DNA of 57,138 nucleotides from Vulcanimicrobiota bacterium (GTDB lineage Bacteria; Vulcanimicrobiota; Vulcanimicrobiia; Vulcanimicrobiales; Vulcanimicrobiaceae): NCBI GenBank assembly GCA_027422105.1, contig DAIBFU010000001.1, positions 1 to 57,138 of the forward strand, read 5' to 3'. Shown piece by piece: positions 1 to 8,051 of this stretch (position 1 is its first letter; each line of letters starts with the position of its first letter). The notes under the pieces were generated by a model. It saw only the letters and a program-made list of their open reading frames with translations, ran no database searches and was not told where the DNA came from. The position numbers and the translations under genes were made by a program.

Positions 1-671
1 CCGTCGAGATACGCGCGTGAGTTTCCGGCCGCATTGTAGAGCGCGAGCGTGGCGTTGTTTTCCGACGAGATTCCCAACGTCTCGCGGATCGTTTCGTCGT
101 TCCCCGTGTACAGCGATAAACGGGGCGCCGTGCCGCCGAGCAACTCCGTGGCGATATGCCCCGAACCGTTCGAAAGATTGAGCATCGGATTGTGCTCCGA
201 TGACACGCCTAAATAGACCCTCCACGTGTGCTCCGAGTCGTAGAAGCCGAGGTACGGGTCGTCTTCGCCAGCGAGCGTGGCGAGCGATTTCGATGTCGAC
301 GAAAGATATCGCGTCGTCGCAAAGCCCTTCGTTGGGCTCAGAAAGGTCGTGTACCGCGTCGTCCCGGTTGCGTCGTTGAGATGGAGCGCCGGCTCGTTAT
401 TTTCGTTGAGCCCAAGCAGAACGCGCTGGGTTCCGTTTGCAGCGTAGAGGTGGAGGCCGTCGATGTCGAGCCGGGCGCGAATGTGGCCGGCGGAGTCGCG
501 TACCGCGAGCGCCGATGGTGAGAGCGGCGCCGGGGGGTGGAGCGCCGTCGCGCCGATGAAGAGCGTCGCCGCCAGGGCGGTGACGGCCCCGAGAGCGATC
601 GCGCGCGTACGCGCAACTTCGCGCTCGAGCCGAGCGAGACGAGCGGAAAGCTCGCGTGGGGAGTCGTTCAT
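1..671 (-). CDS. hypothetical membrane-anchored protein (3' end runs off the window)
   Basis: ATG at 671-669 (minus) is preceded by GGAGG at 680-676. The product reads MNDSPRELSARLARLEREVARTRAIALGAVTALAATLFIGA... with one N-terminal hydrophobic helix. The frame stays open to position 1, so it is absent from the ORF track, which needs a stop codon. Confidence 0.6.
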   Translation of the reverse strand, partial: MNDSPRELSARLARLEREVARTRAIALGAVTALAATLFIGATALHPPAPLSPSALAVRDSAGHIRARLDIDGLHLYAANGTQRVLLGLNENNEPALHLNDATGTTRYTTFLSPTKGFATTRYLSSTSKSLATLAGEDDPYLGFYDSEHTWRVYLGVSSEHNPMLNLSNGSGHIATELLGGTAPRLSLYTGNDETIRETLGISSENNATLALYNAAGNSRAYLD

Positions 672-738
672 AGAGCCTCCTTATCAAGCGGGAATCCGGT
701 TGGAAGGAGGCCTTCGCTTGCTTGCCGGTTCGCTCCCG

Positions 739-2406
739 TTAGCGGCCGCGGTCGCGGCGCGCGCCGGCTTTCTTCCCGCGAATCGTCGTGCGTTTGAGCG
801 CTTTGATCACCTGGTCGGCGATCGCCTCGGGAACCTCGACGAGCGAAAATCGGTCGGCAATATCGATCGCGCCGAGTTCGCGCGAGTCGATCTGCGCTTC
901 GTTGGCGATCGCGCCGACGAGATCGGCGGGGCGAACCTTGTCGTTGCGCCCGACGCCGATGAAGATGCGGGTCGTCGCGACGTTATCCGCCCGCGGGCGC
1001 GGCGCTTTCCGTTCGATCTTCTTGTTGTGTCCGCCGCCGAATTCAACCGAGGGAATATCCTGTTCTTCCTCGCCCTCACCGTCGCGACCGCGGTCGACCA
1101 ACTTGAGCGCAGCGGCAGCGATATCGAGCGCCTCGTGTTCGTGCGCGAGTGCCTCGACGATGACGCGGTAGCGTGCCAGGTCGCCGCTCTCGATCGCCGT
1201 GTTGACATCGGCGCTCAGCGTCTCCAGGCGTCGTGCACGGAGATCGTGGACCGTCGGCACGCTCTCGATCTTTATCTTGCGTTTGGTGTGCTGTTCGATG
1301 TTGCGCAGGAGACGTTGCTCGCGTGCCTCGGCAAAGGTAATCGCAACGCCCTCGCGCCCGGCGCGGCCGGTGCGACCGATGCGGTGGACGTAGGCGTCGG
1401 GCGATGAGGGCACGTCGTAATTGACGACGTGCGAGACATGTTCGATATCGAGCCCGCGCGCGGCGACATCGGTGGCGATGAGCAGTTCCGAGCGCCCGTC
1501 ACGGAAACGACGCAGAACGCGATCGCGCTGTTCTTGCGAGAGCCCTCCGTGGATCGCTTCGGCCTGGTAGCCGCGGCCGCCGAGCGTTTCGGTCAACTCA
1601 TCGACTTCGGTCCGCGTGCGACAGAAAACGATTGCGGAGGTCGGCGACTCGACGTCGAGCACGCGCGCAAGCGCGGCAATTTTATGCGGTCGTGGAACGA
1701 CATAGACGACTTCGCGGACGCGCGGAACCTCGCCGGGCGCGCCGACCTCGTTGGCGATCGTTACGTGAACGGGATCTTTGAGGTGACGTTTGGCGATCGT
1801 GCGGATGCGCGGAGCGAGCGTCGCCGAAAAGAGCGCGCTCTGACGCGCCGCCGGAACGTTCTCTAAAATCGCGTCGAGTTCGTCGGCGAAGCCCATGTCG
1901 AGCATCTCATCGGCTTCGTCGAGGACGAGAAATTCGATCTGCCCGAGGTCGAGCGATCCGCGACGGAGATGATCGAGCGCGCGTCCGGGGGTTGCGACGA
2001 CGACATCGACGCCGCGTTTGAGCGTGCGAAGCTGCAACCCGATCGACTGCCCGCCGAATATCGGCAGCACCCCGGTTCCGAGTTGGCGGCCGTACCGGTG
2101 GATCGCCTCGGCGACTTGCATCGCTAGCTCTCTGGTTGGGACGAGCACGAGGGCGCGCACGCGGCGCGGCCCGTCGGCGACCCGTCCGAGGCGGTGCAGC
2201 AGCGGTAGGGCGAAGGCGGCGGTCTTCCCGGTTCCGGTCGCGGCCTGTCCTAAGACATCGCGTCCGGCCAGGAGCGGCGGGATCGCTTCGCGTTGGATCG
2301 CCGTCGGCTCTTCATAGCCAAGGGAAGCGACGGTCTCGGTGAGCTCTTGAAGAAGGCCGAGGTCGCGGAAATCGATTGATTGCATGGAATCGCTCCCCGT
2401 TCCCAA
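739..2406 (-). CDS. DEAD-box ATP-dependent RNA helicase with C-terminal DbpA-type RNA-binding extension
   Basis: Walker A AATGTGKT, VLDEADEMLDMGF (DEAD), SAT (LFSATL) and HRIGRTGRAG are present. The C-terminal region (RIFIGVGRNDKVRPADLVGAI) looks like a DbpA/DeaD RNA-binding domain. The start could instead be the internal MQSIDF. Confidence 0.92.
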   Translation of the reverse strand: MGTGSDSMQSIDFRDLGLLQELTETVASLGYEEPTAIQREAIPPLLAGRDVLGQAATGTGKTAAFALPLLHRLGRVADGPRRVRALVLVPTRELAMQVAEAIHRYGRQLGTGVLPIFGGQSIGLQLRTLKRGVDVVVATPGRALDHLRRGSLDLGQIEFLVLDEADEMLDMGFADELDAILENVPAARQSALFSATLAPRIRTIAKRHLKDPVHVTIANEVGAPGEVPRVREVVYVVPRPHKIAALARVLDVESPTSAIVFCRTRTEVDELTETLGGRGYQAEAIHGGLSQEQRDRVLRRFRDGRSELLIATDVAARGLDIEHVSHVVNYDVPSSPDAYVHRIGRTGRAGREGVAITFAEAREQRLLRNIEQHTKRKIKIESVPTVHDLRARRLETLSADVNTAIESGDLARYRVIVEALAHEHEALDIAAAALKLVDRGRDGEGEEEQDIPSVEFGGGHNKKIERKAPRPRADNVATTRIFIGVGRNDKVRPADLVGAIANEAQIDSRELGAIDIADRFSLVEVPEAIADQVIKALKRTTIRGKKAGARRDRGR

Positions 2407-2439
2407 AGGCGGTGGCGAAGGCCTGCTCGGAGGATGATT

Positions 2440-3687
2440 TCAGGGCCTTGTCGCCTCGATACGCATCGAGATCGTCGGCGGGATGCGGCGTTCCGCTGCG
2501 AGTCGGCGGCGCCCCACGCCGGTAATATGGAGAGCGATATGCGCATCGCGCGGGATCGCGCCGCGCTCGAGGCGCTCGATCAATCCGGCGAGTGCGACCG
2601 CTGCCGCGGGATCGAGATCGACCCCTTCGAGCTCCTCGAAGAGCGCAGCGGCGGCACGGGCGGCGGCGTTTTCGACGGCGGTCACATCGCCCGCGCTCTC
2701 GGTGAGCGCGTCGAGTAATCCGCCTTTGGGTTCGTAGGGCGGCGCGAGCGATCCGAGGACCGCCGCCGACATCTCCGCACCGGCAAGAAAAGCCGAGTCG
2801 GGGCGGTGCGCCGCTTCGACCGAGTTGCTCCCCGCGGCCCAGGCGTGGAAGATCGGCGCGAAGGGCGCGTTCTGCACGAGTACGAGGTGTGGAAAGCGCG
2901 TTCCAAAGGCTCCCGATGCAATCGCGCGGCTTGCCGCTTCGTGCGCCGCGATCCCACCGCTTCCGCTGCCGACCGCTTGAACGAAATACTCCGGTAGCGC
3001 ACCCTCTGCTTCCATGTATGCCGCAATCGTGGTTCCGATACCGTCGCGTCGCGCGACGTTCTGCGCGCCGCCTTCAAAGACGTGCCCCTCACGCGTTCCG
3101 AGTTTGCGAGCCGCAACGATCGCATCGTCGTAGATGGCGTTGCCGGTCACGACGATAAAGCGAACGTTCTCCCCCGGAGCACGCGAGAAAACGATGCGCG
3201 GTAGCGCTGATTCGGGAACGATAATAATCGTCGGCACTTCGTAGATACTCGCCGCGCTTGCCAGCGCTACCGCCGTGTTTCCCGCAGATGCCGCAACGAG
3301 CGTGCGCCCGTCGCGCGGGAAGCGGCCGAGAATCGCGATCGCTTCGATATCCTTGAAGGTTCCGCTCGGGAGCCCTGCGCCGCGCTCGGGCCAGAATCCA
3401 TTGACGGCGAGGCGGAGGTTCGGAGCGCGAAGATAGGCATTGAGTGTGTCGCTGCGCAGAATGACGGTGCCGAAATCGGTTTCGACCGGCTCGCGCAGCG
3501 GTAGCCACGCGCGATAGCGGAGCATTCCGTGCCTCGATCGATCGATTTGGAAATTGCGCTCGGCGTACTCCGTGCGAAGAAGGCTCCGCCCGTGCTCCCC
3601 CGAGCAATGCGTTATGGTTCCGTCGTCGATAATGCGACGCCCGCATGTCGGACAGAGCAATCGGTACGACGATTTTTCAAAAACCAT
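2440..3687 (-). CDS. fold-type II PLP-dependent enzyme, threonine synthase-like / cysteate synthase-like, with N-terminal zinc-ribbon
   Basis: Start trimmed to the internal ATG at 3687 (MVFEKSSYRLLCPTCGRRIIDDGTITHCSGEH). Supporting motifs are the Lys motif GTFKDIEA, SAGNTAVALASAA and the glycine loop GSGSGGIA. The upstream 69 codons of the tracked ORF are R/P-rich and look non-coding. Confidence 0.7.
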   Translation of the reverse strand: MVFEKSSYRLLCPTCGRRIIDDGTITHCSGEHGRSLLRTEYAERNFQIDRSRHGMLRYRAWLPLREPVETDFGTVILRSDTLNAYLRAPNLRLAVNGFWPERGAGLPSGTFKDIEAIAILGRFPRDGRTLVAASAGNTAVALASAASIYEVPTIIIVPESALPRIVFSRAPGENVRFIVVTGNAIYDDAIVAARKLGTREGHVFEGGAQNVARRDGIGTTIAAYMEAEGALPEYFVQAVGSGSGGIAAHEAASRAIASGAFGTRFPHLVLVQNAPFAPIFHAWAAGSNSVEAAHRPDSAFLAGAEMSAAVLGSLAPPYEPKGGLLDALTESAGDVTAVENAAARAAAALFEELEGVDLDPAAAVALAGLIERLERGAIPRDAHIALHITGVGRRRLAAERRIPPTISMRIEATRP

Positions 3688-3920
3688 TGCGAACCCCGAC
3701 TTACGATTGAGAACGCGTCGAAGAGCAGTAGTTCGTGCCGGGAACCGGGCTCGGCGGGTGGGTTGAAAGGAGCGCGCAATGCATGACCAATTGATGAACG
3801 GTTTTCTTTTCGGAATCCTCTTTGCCGACGGGATTTCGAGCCTTGTCGACGCGGGCGCTTCTTCTCGGTGAGGTGTGGGCGGTGCGTATCTCACCCCGCG
3901 CCGTGCTTCGCCGAGAGTAC

Positions 3921-3966
3921 CTCGGCCATACGCGGCGGAGCCGCCGTTCTACCGCGTATGGCCGAG
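3921..3966. repeat. perfect 15-bp inverted repeat (hairpin) between the oxidase and PLP genes
   Basis: CTCGGCCATACGCGG (3921-3935) and CCGCGTATGGCCGAG (3952-3966) flank a 16-nt loop. There is no U-tract on either strand. It contains the 15-mer ATACGCGGCGGAGCC, which is also found in repeat copy 2 at 41984-41998. Confidence 0.8.
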
Positions 3967-3996
3967 AAGCGAGCGAGCTAGGCCCGTTGCAGAGCG

Positions 3997-4776
3997 TTAG
4001 ACCGCATAGCGAAGCCGCTCGTTCTCGAGCTCGCGGCGCTGCGCGGCGAGCCCATTCCAGAAGATCGTAACGGCATCGAGCATCGCGATCCCGCCGGCGA
4101 TGAAGCGTTCGGGAATGAAACAGCTACGCGAATAGGCGACACTGAGTTCGTCCTCCGTGTGTTGCGCGTGCAACTCTTCGAGTCGGTCGTGCCAGGTCCA
4201 AAAACCGAGTGGGAGGTCGGGGCGGCGCTGCGCGCGGATCTTGCGTAGCCCGGCGATCAGCGATTTCCAGAACCCGGCGTTCGCCCAATGTTCGATGGCG
4301 TACGAGGCTCCTAGCGCCGTCGAGATATCTTCCGATCCGTACCATTCGGTGAGCGAATCGCAGAAGCGCAAGGTACTCGGTGTACCCAAACGTCGCTTGC
4401 CGAGCTCGTGCCATTCCAATCCGAGGTGTTCGGCGAAATCGACGAGCCATTCATAGTGCGCGCCGTGGAAACGAAAGGTTCCGCCGTCGACCGATCCGTC
4501 GCTACCGAAGCTCACACCCAGTTCGTTCATCAAAATTTGCTTTCCCGAACGATAGGTACCGATATCGGGGGCATTGATGCATTTGCGCAGCTGTGCTTCG
4601 ATAAACAGATGGCTGAAGACGGAGAACTGTACGGTAAACGCGCGCAGTTGTGCGTCGGTTGCCTCGCCGAGCGCAAACCATTGCGTGTAGGGATTCTCCA
4701 ACAAGACGGCATGGCCGTGGATGCTGCGTTCGACTTCGTTACGGAAGCATTCGATCGGGGGAAGGGTTCTCATCAT
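3997..4776 (-). CDS. heme-oxygenase-like diiron oxidase/oxygenase family protein (iron-containing redox enzyme family)
   Basis: The sequence is helix-rich with Glu/His-bearing segments: FSHLFIEAQL, NELGVSF, HGAHYEWL, YAIEHWANAG, WHDRLEELHAQH. The ATG at 4776 has a GAGGA Shine-Dalgarno 5 nt upstream. The track start at 4791 is TTG. Confidence 0.6.
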   Translation of the reverse strand: MMRTLPPIECFRNEVERSIHGHAVLLENPYTQWFALGEATDAQLRAFTVQFSVFSHLFIEAQLRKCINAPDIGTYRSGKQILMNELGVSFGSDGSVDGGTFRFHGAHYEWLVDFAEHLGLEWHELGKRRLGTPSTLRFCDSLTEWYGSEDISTALGASYAIEHWANAGFWKSLIAGLRKIRAQRRPDLPLGFWTWHDRLEELHAQHTEDELSVAYSRSCFIPERFIAGGIAMLDAVTIFWNGLAAQRRELENERLRYAV

Positions 4777-4802
4777 CGTGTCCTCGCGCAAGGTGATGGG
4801 TG

Positions 4803-4843
4803 ATAAAAGAAAGCCGCCTCACCGGTAGATCGGTGAGGCGGCT
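4803..4843 (-). terminator. intrinsic terminator / attenuator hairpin in the 5' leader of the oxidase gene
   Basis: On the minus strand, AGCCGCCUCACCG - AUCUAC - CGGUGAGGCGGCU forms a perfect 13-bp stem. It is followed directly by UUCUUUUAU. It ends about 27 nt before the oxidase ATG. Confidence 0.75.
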
Positions 4844-4863
4844 GTACTCGTCTGCGGGTAGTG

Positions 4864-4950
4864 TTAGGGTTCGACGGGTATAGGCGGCTCGACCGATTCC
4901 GATGCGGAACGGTATTGATAGCTGCCGAATAGATACGCCGGTGCGAACAT
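4864..4950 (-). CDS. candidate 28-aa small ORF / leader peptide MFAPAYLFGSYQYRSASESVEPPIPVEP
   Basis: The ATG at 4950 has AAGG 8 nt upstream, and the TAA stop is at 4866-4864. It lies between the divergent mgtC-like start and the terminator hairpin. Five of the first 13 residues are Phe or Tyr. The longer tracked ORF (to 5220) is antisense to the mgtC-like gene. Confidence 0.3.
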   Translation of the reverse strand: MFAPAYLFGSYQYRSASESVEPPIPVEP

Positions 4951-5022
4951 GGCGGCAACCTTAGCAGGTTTGTCGGTAAAAAACAAGAGGGTGCCGATAC
5001 CGCAGGAGCGCACATCAGCGGC

Positions 5023-6321
5023 ATGCCGGTTTCGTTGACGCCGTTTTCCGACGGATGGCTCGCGTTCCACCTCGGCCTCGTGCTCGGGCTCTCGCTTTTT
5101 TTCGGGCTTGCGTACGAAGAATTTTACGGAGACACGATCTCGCAGCGCCCCGGCGGCATTCGCACCTACCCGCTGCTCGCGCTTGCCGGAGCGCTGCTCT
5201 ATCTGATCGACCCGCTTCATTTGGTCGCAACGATCGCCGGGCTCTTGGTGCTCGGCCTCTGGACGGCGGCCTCGATTCGCGAGGCGCTGCGGACGGTCGA
5301 ATCGAGCCGCGCCGCCGATGGGCTCTACGTCACGTCGGCTGCCGCCGTGATCGCCTATCTCCTCGGGCCGGCGGCATTTGCCGTTCCACCCTGGCTGCTG
5401 ATCGCCGTCGTCGTCGCCGCGGCGCTGCTGCTCTCGGCACGGACGACGCTACGCGAACTCGCGGCGAGATTCGGGCACACCGAGATGGTGACGGCGGCAA
5501 AATTTCTCGTGCTCTCGGGTGTCGTTCTGCCGTTGCTGCAAGGGCTTCCCGCGATTCCCGGCACGAGTCTTCGGCCCTTTAACATCTGGCTTGCGGTCGT
5601 CGCGGTTTCGGCGCTCTCCTACGCGAGTTATCTCGTCCAACGATACGTCACGTTCAAAGAAGGCACGCTCGTGCCGGCTTTGCTTGGCGGAATGTACTCT
5701 TCGACCGCGGCGACCGTCGCGCTCGCGCGCACCGCGGCGGAGACGGGCTTTACCGCCGCGCTTTCGGGCGGAATCGTCGCGGCAAGCGCAATTATGTATC
5801 TGCGCATCGTCGTCGTTGTCGCAATATTCAATCTCGCGCTCGCCGAACGGCTCGCTCCCTCGTTCGTCGCACTTGCGCTCGCCGGCGGCCTGCTCGCGGC
5901 GATCATCGTTCGCTATGCCGACGGAAAGAAGGGCGCGGATACCGTGAAGCCGGCGACCTATCCGGGGAATCCGCTACAGATCTCCACCGCGTTGATCTTC
6001 GCCGCGCTGTTCGTCGCGATCTCGCTCTTGACGACCTGGGTGCAATCGGCCGCAGGGCAGGCGGGGCTCTTTATTCTGGCGGCGGTCGTCGGCGTGACCG
6101 ACGTCGATCCGTTCGTGCTGAGCATCGCGCAGCATCATGCAGCGGCGATTGCGCTCGCCCCCGCCGCCGCGGCGATTCTCATCGCCGCATCATCAAATAA
6201 CGTGCTCAAGGCGCTCTACGCCGCGTTGTTTTCACGGCGGCGAGAGAGCTGGCTTGCAGCGACGAGTTTGCTGGTGCTCGCCGGTGCCGGCGTCATCACG
6301 GCGCTCGCGGTCTTTCGATGA
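5023..6321 (+). CDS. MgtC/SapB-family integral membrane protein with DUF4010-like C-terminal half
   Basis: About 10-12 hydrophobic helices. The N-terminus FHLGLVLGLSLFFGLAYEEF...GGIRTYPLLALAGALL is typical of MgtC-type proteins. Confidence 0.6.
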   Translation: MPVSLTPFSDGWLAFHLGLVLGLSLFFGLAYEEFYGDTISQRPGGIRTYPLLALAGALLYLIDPLHLVATIAGLLVLGLWTAASIREALRTVESSRAADGLYVTSAAAVIAYLLGPAAFAVPPWLLIAVVVAAALLLSARTTLRELAARFGHTEMVTAAKFLVLSGVVLPLLQGLPAIPGTSLRPFNIWLAVVAVSALSYASYLVQRYVTFKEGTLVPALLGGMYSSTAATVALARTAAETGFTAALSGGIVAASAIMYLRIVVVVAIFNLALAERLAPSFVALALAGGLLAAIIVRYADGKKGADTVKPATYPGNPLQISTALIFAALFVAISLLTTWVQSAAGQAGLFILAAVVGVTDVDPFVLSIAQHHAAAIALAPAAAAILIAASSNNVLKALYAALFSRRRESWLAATSLLVLAGAGVITALAVFR

Positions 6322-6659
6322 GTTTCTTTCTGCGTTGGCTCGGCCTCGATGTACCGTTGCGCGATGCGCGGTTGCACCCCATTCGGCGCATCGAAAGCCC
6401 GGGCGAGATCGCCGTTCACCGAGCGCGCGCGCGACGCGCGATGAACGATATTTTGGGAGCGACGATCGTCCGTGAAGAAGATGATCTGCTGGAGGGTTCG
6501 ATCGGCCTGATCGATGGGGAGCGCGTCATCGTTCGTTTTGAATCGATCGGCGAAAATCGTACCGGCATGACCGTCGAGAGCGTTCGACCGCTTGGAATCG
6601 CTACGCGAACGCATTCGGTGTACGTCGATCGTCTCGCCGAAGAACTCGCGAAGCCCTAG
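6318..6659 (+). CDS. hypothetical protein
   Basis: ATGA overlap with the upstream stop, high GC3, and no recognisable motif. Confidence 0.5.
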   Translation: MSFFLRWLGLDVPLRDARLHPIRRIESPGEIAVHRARARRAMNDILGATIVREEDDLLEGSIGLIDGERVIVRFESIGENRTGMTVESVRPLGIATRTHSVYVDRLAEELAKP

Positions 6660-6697
6660 CGAGCACTCCGGTTCCGAGCAGGGAGCGCTATTCGCTC

Positions 6698-7975
6698 TTA
6701 GGGATAGAGGCCGCGGAGCTTCGTCGCTTCGGCAACCCGATTGACCGCGACCATATACGCGCCTCGACGCATGTCGACATTATTTTTTTTCGCCTGTTCG
6801 TAGGTCTCGCGAAACGCGCGCGTCATCTTTTGTTTAAGGCGGGCGTTGATCTCATCTTCCTCCCAGAAGTTTGCTTGAAGATCCTGAACCCATTCGAAGT
6901 ATGAAACGGTCACGCCGCCGGCGTTAGCGAGAATATCCGGTAACACCATAATGCCGCGTTCGTGCAAGATCGCATCGGCTTCGGGAAGCGTTGGACCGTT
7001 CGCCGCTTCGGCGACGATCTTCGCGCGAATATTCGGTGCGTTTTCGCGCGTGATGACTTTCTCGAGGGCCGCTGGAATGAGGACGTCGCACGCGTATTCG
7101 AGAACTTCCTTATTCGAAAGACTTTCGCTACCGGGGAAGCCGACGACCGATCCGGTTGTAAGTTTGTGCGCAACCAAGGCGTGCGTGTCGAGCCCCTTCG
7201 GATTTGCAACGCCCCCGCGTGAATCCGAGACGGCGACGATGCGATAACCACGCTCGGCCATCAACGATGCAGCGTGCATCCCGGCGTTCCCAAAGCCCTG
7301 GATCGCGACGCGCGCACCGGCGTTTGGAATTCCGAGTACGCTCATCGCTTCGTCGACAACGTAGAGACATCCACGAGCCGTCGCCTTGTCGCGCCCCAGC
7401 GAACCACCGATGGCGATCGGCTTTCCGGTCACGACGCCGGGGATCGAGTAGCCTTTTTGCATCGAGAAGGTATCCATGATCCACGCCATGACCTGCGGGG
7501 TCGTGTAAACGTCGGGTGCGGGAATATCTTTTTCCGGGCCGATGATAATCGAAATCTCGCTCGTGAACCGACGCGTGAGATGTTCGAGCTCTTGCATCGA
7601 CATCGCCTTGGAATCGCAGATCACTCCGCCTTTTGCGCCGCCGAATGGAATGTTGACCAGCGCGCATTTCCAGGTCATCCACATTGCAAGGGCTTTGACT
7701 TCGTCGAGCGTCACATCGGGATGAAAGCGGATGCCGCCCTTCCCCGGCCCACGCGACATGTTGTGCTGTACGCGATAGCCGGTGAACATGCGAAATCGAC
7801 CGTCATCCATACGGACCGGAACGGAGACTTCAAGAACGCGCTTCGGTTGGCGCAGATAGAGATGGATTTCTTCGCTCAACCCGGTGAGCTTCGCTACTTC
7901 GTCGAGCTGCTGCTGGGCCATCGCCCAAACGTTCTCCGAGGACTGGGTCGCCGAGCGGTCGATCGTCGCTGCCAT
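6698..7975 (-). CDS. gdhA: NAD(P)-dependent glutamate dehydrogenase
   Basis: KCALVNIPFGGAKGGV catalytic-Lys motif, IQGFGNAGMH dinucleotide fold, and GGAGG upstream of the ATG. Confidence 0.93.
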   Translation of the reverse strand: MAATIDRSATQSSENVWAMAQQQLDEVAKLTGLSEEIHLYLRQPKRVLEVSVPVRMDDGRFRMFTGYRVQHNMSRGPGKGGIRFHPDVTLDEVKALAMWMTWKCALVNIPFGGAKGGVICDSKAMSMQELEHLTRRFTSEISIIIGPEKDIPAPDVYTTPQVMAWIMDTFSMQKGYSIPGVVTGKPIAIGGSLGRDKATARGCLYVVDEAMSVLGIPNAGARVAIQGFGNAGMHAASLMAERGYRIVAVSDSRGGVANPKGLDTHALVAHKLTTGSVVGFPGSESLSNKEVLEYACDVLIPAALEKVITRENAPNIRAKIVAEAANGPTLPEADAILHERGIMVLPDILANAGGVTVSYFEWVQDLQANFWEEDEINARLKQKMTRAFRETYEQAKKNNVDMRRGAYMVAVNRVAEATKLRGLYP

Positions 7976-8051
7976 GCTGCGAATCCTCCCCTACGCGATG
8001 GGTATCGCGCTCGAACCGCATGCGTCGGAGCTCCGCGGTTTCCCTCCCCTC

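Noticed and set aside
4860-4885. GGTTCGA T-loop-like motif suggesting a tRNA.
   Set aside because: No flanking T-stem complementarity, acceptor stem or anticodon arm could be built around it.
3997-4950. Possibility that the small ORF plus the heme-oxygenase-like protein are PqqA and PqqC.
   Set aside because: The 28-aa peptide lacks the conserved PqqA E-x-x-x-Y arrangement. No pqqB, pqqD or pqqE genes are adjacent. The partner gene is a PLP enzyme instead.
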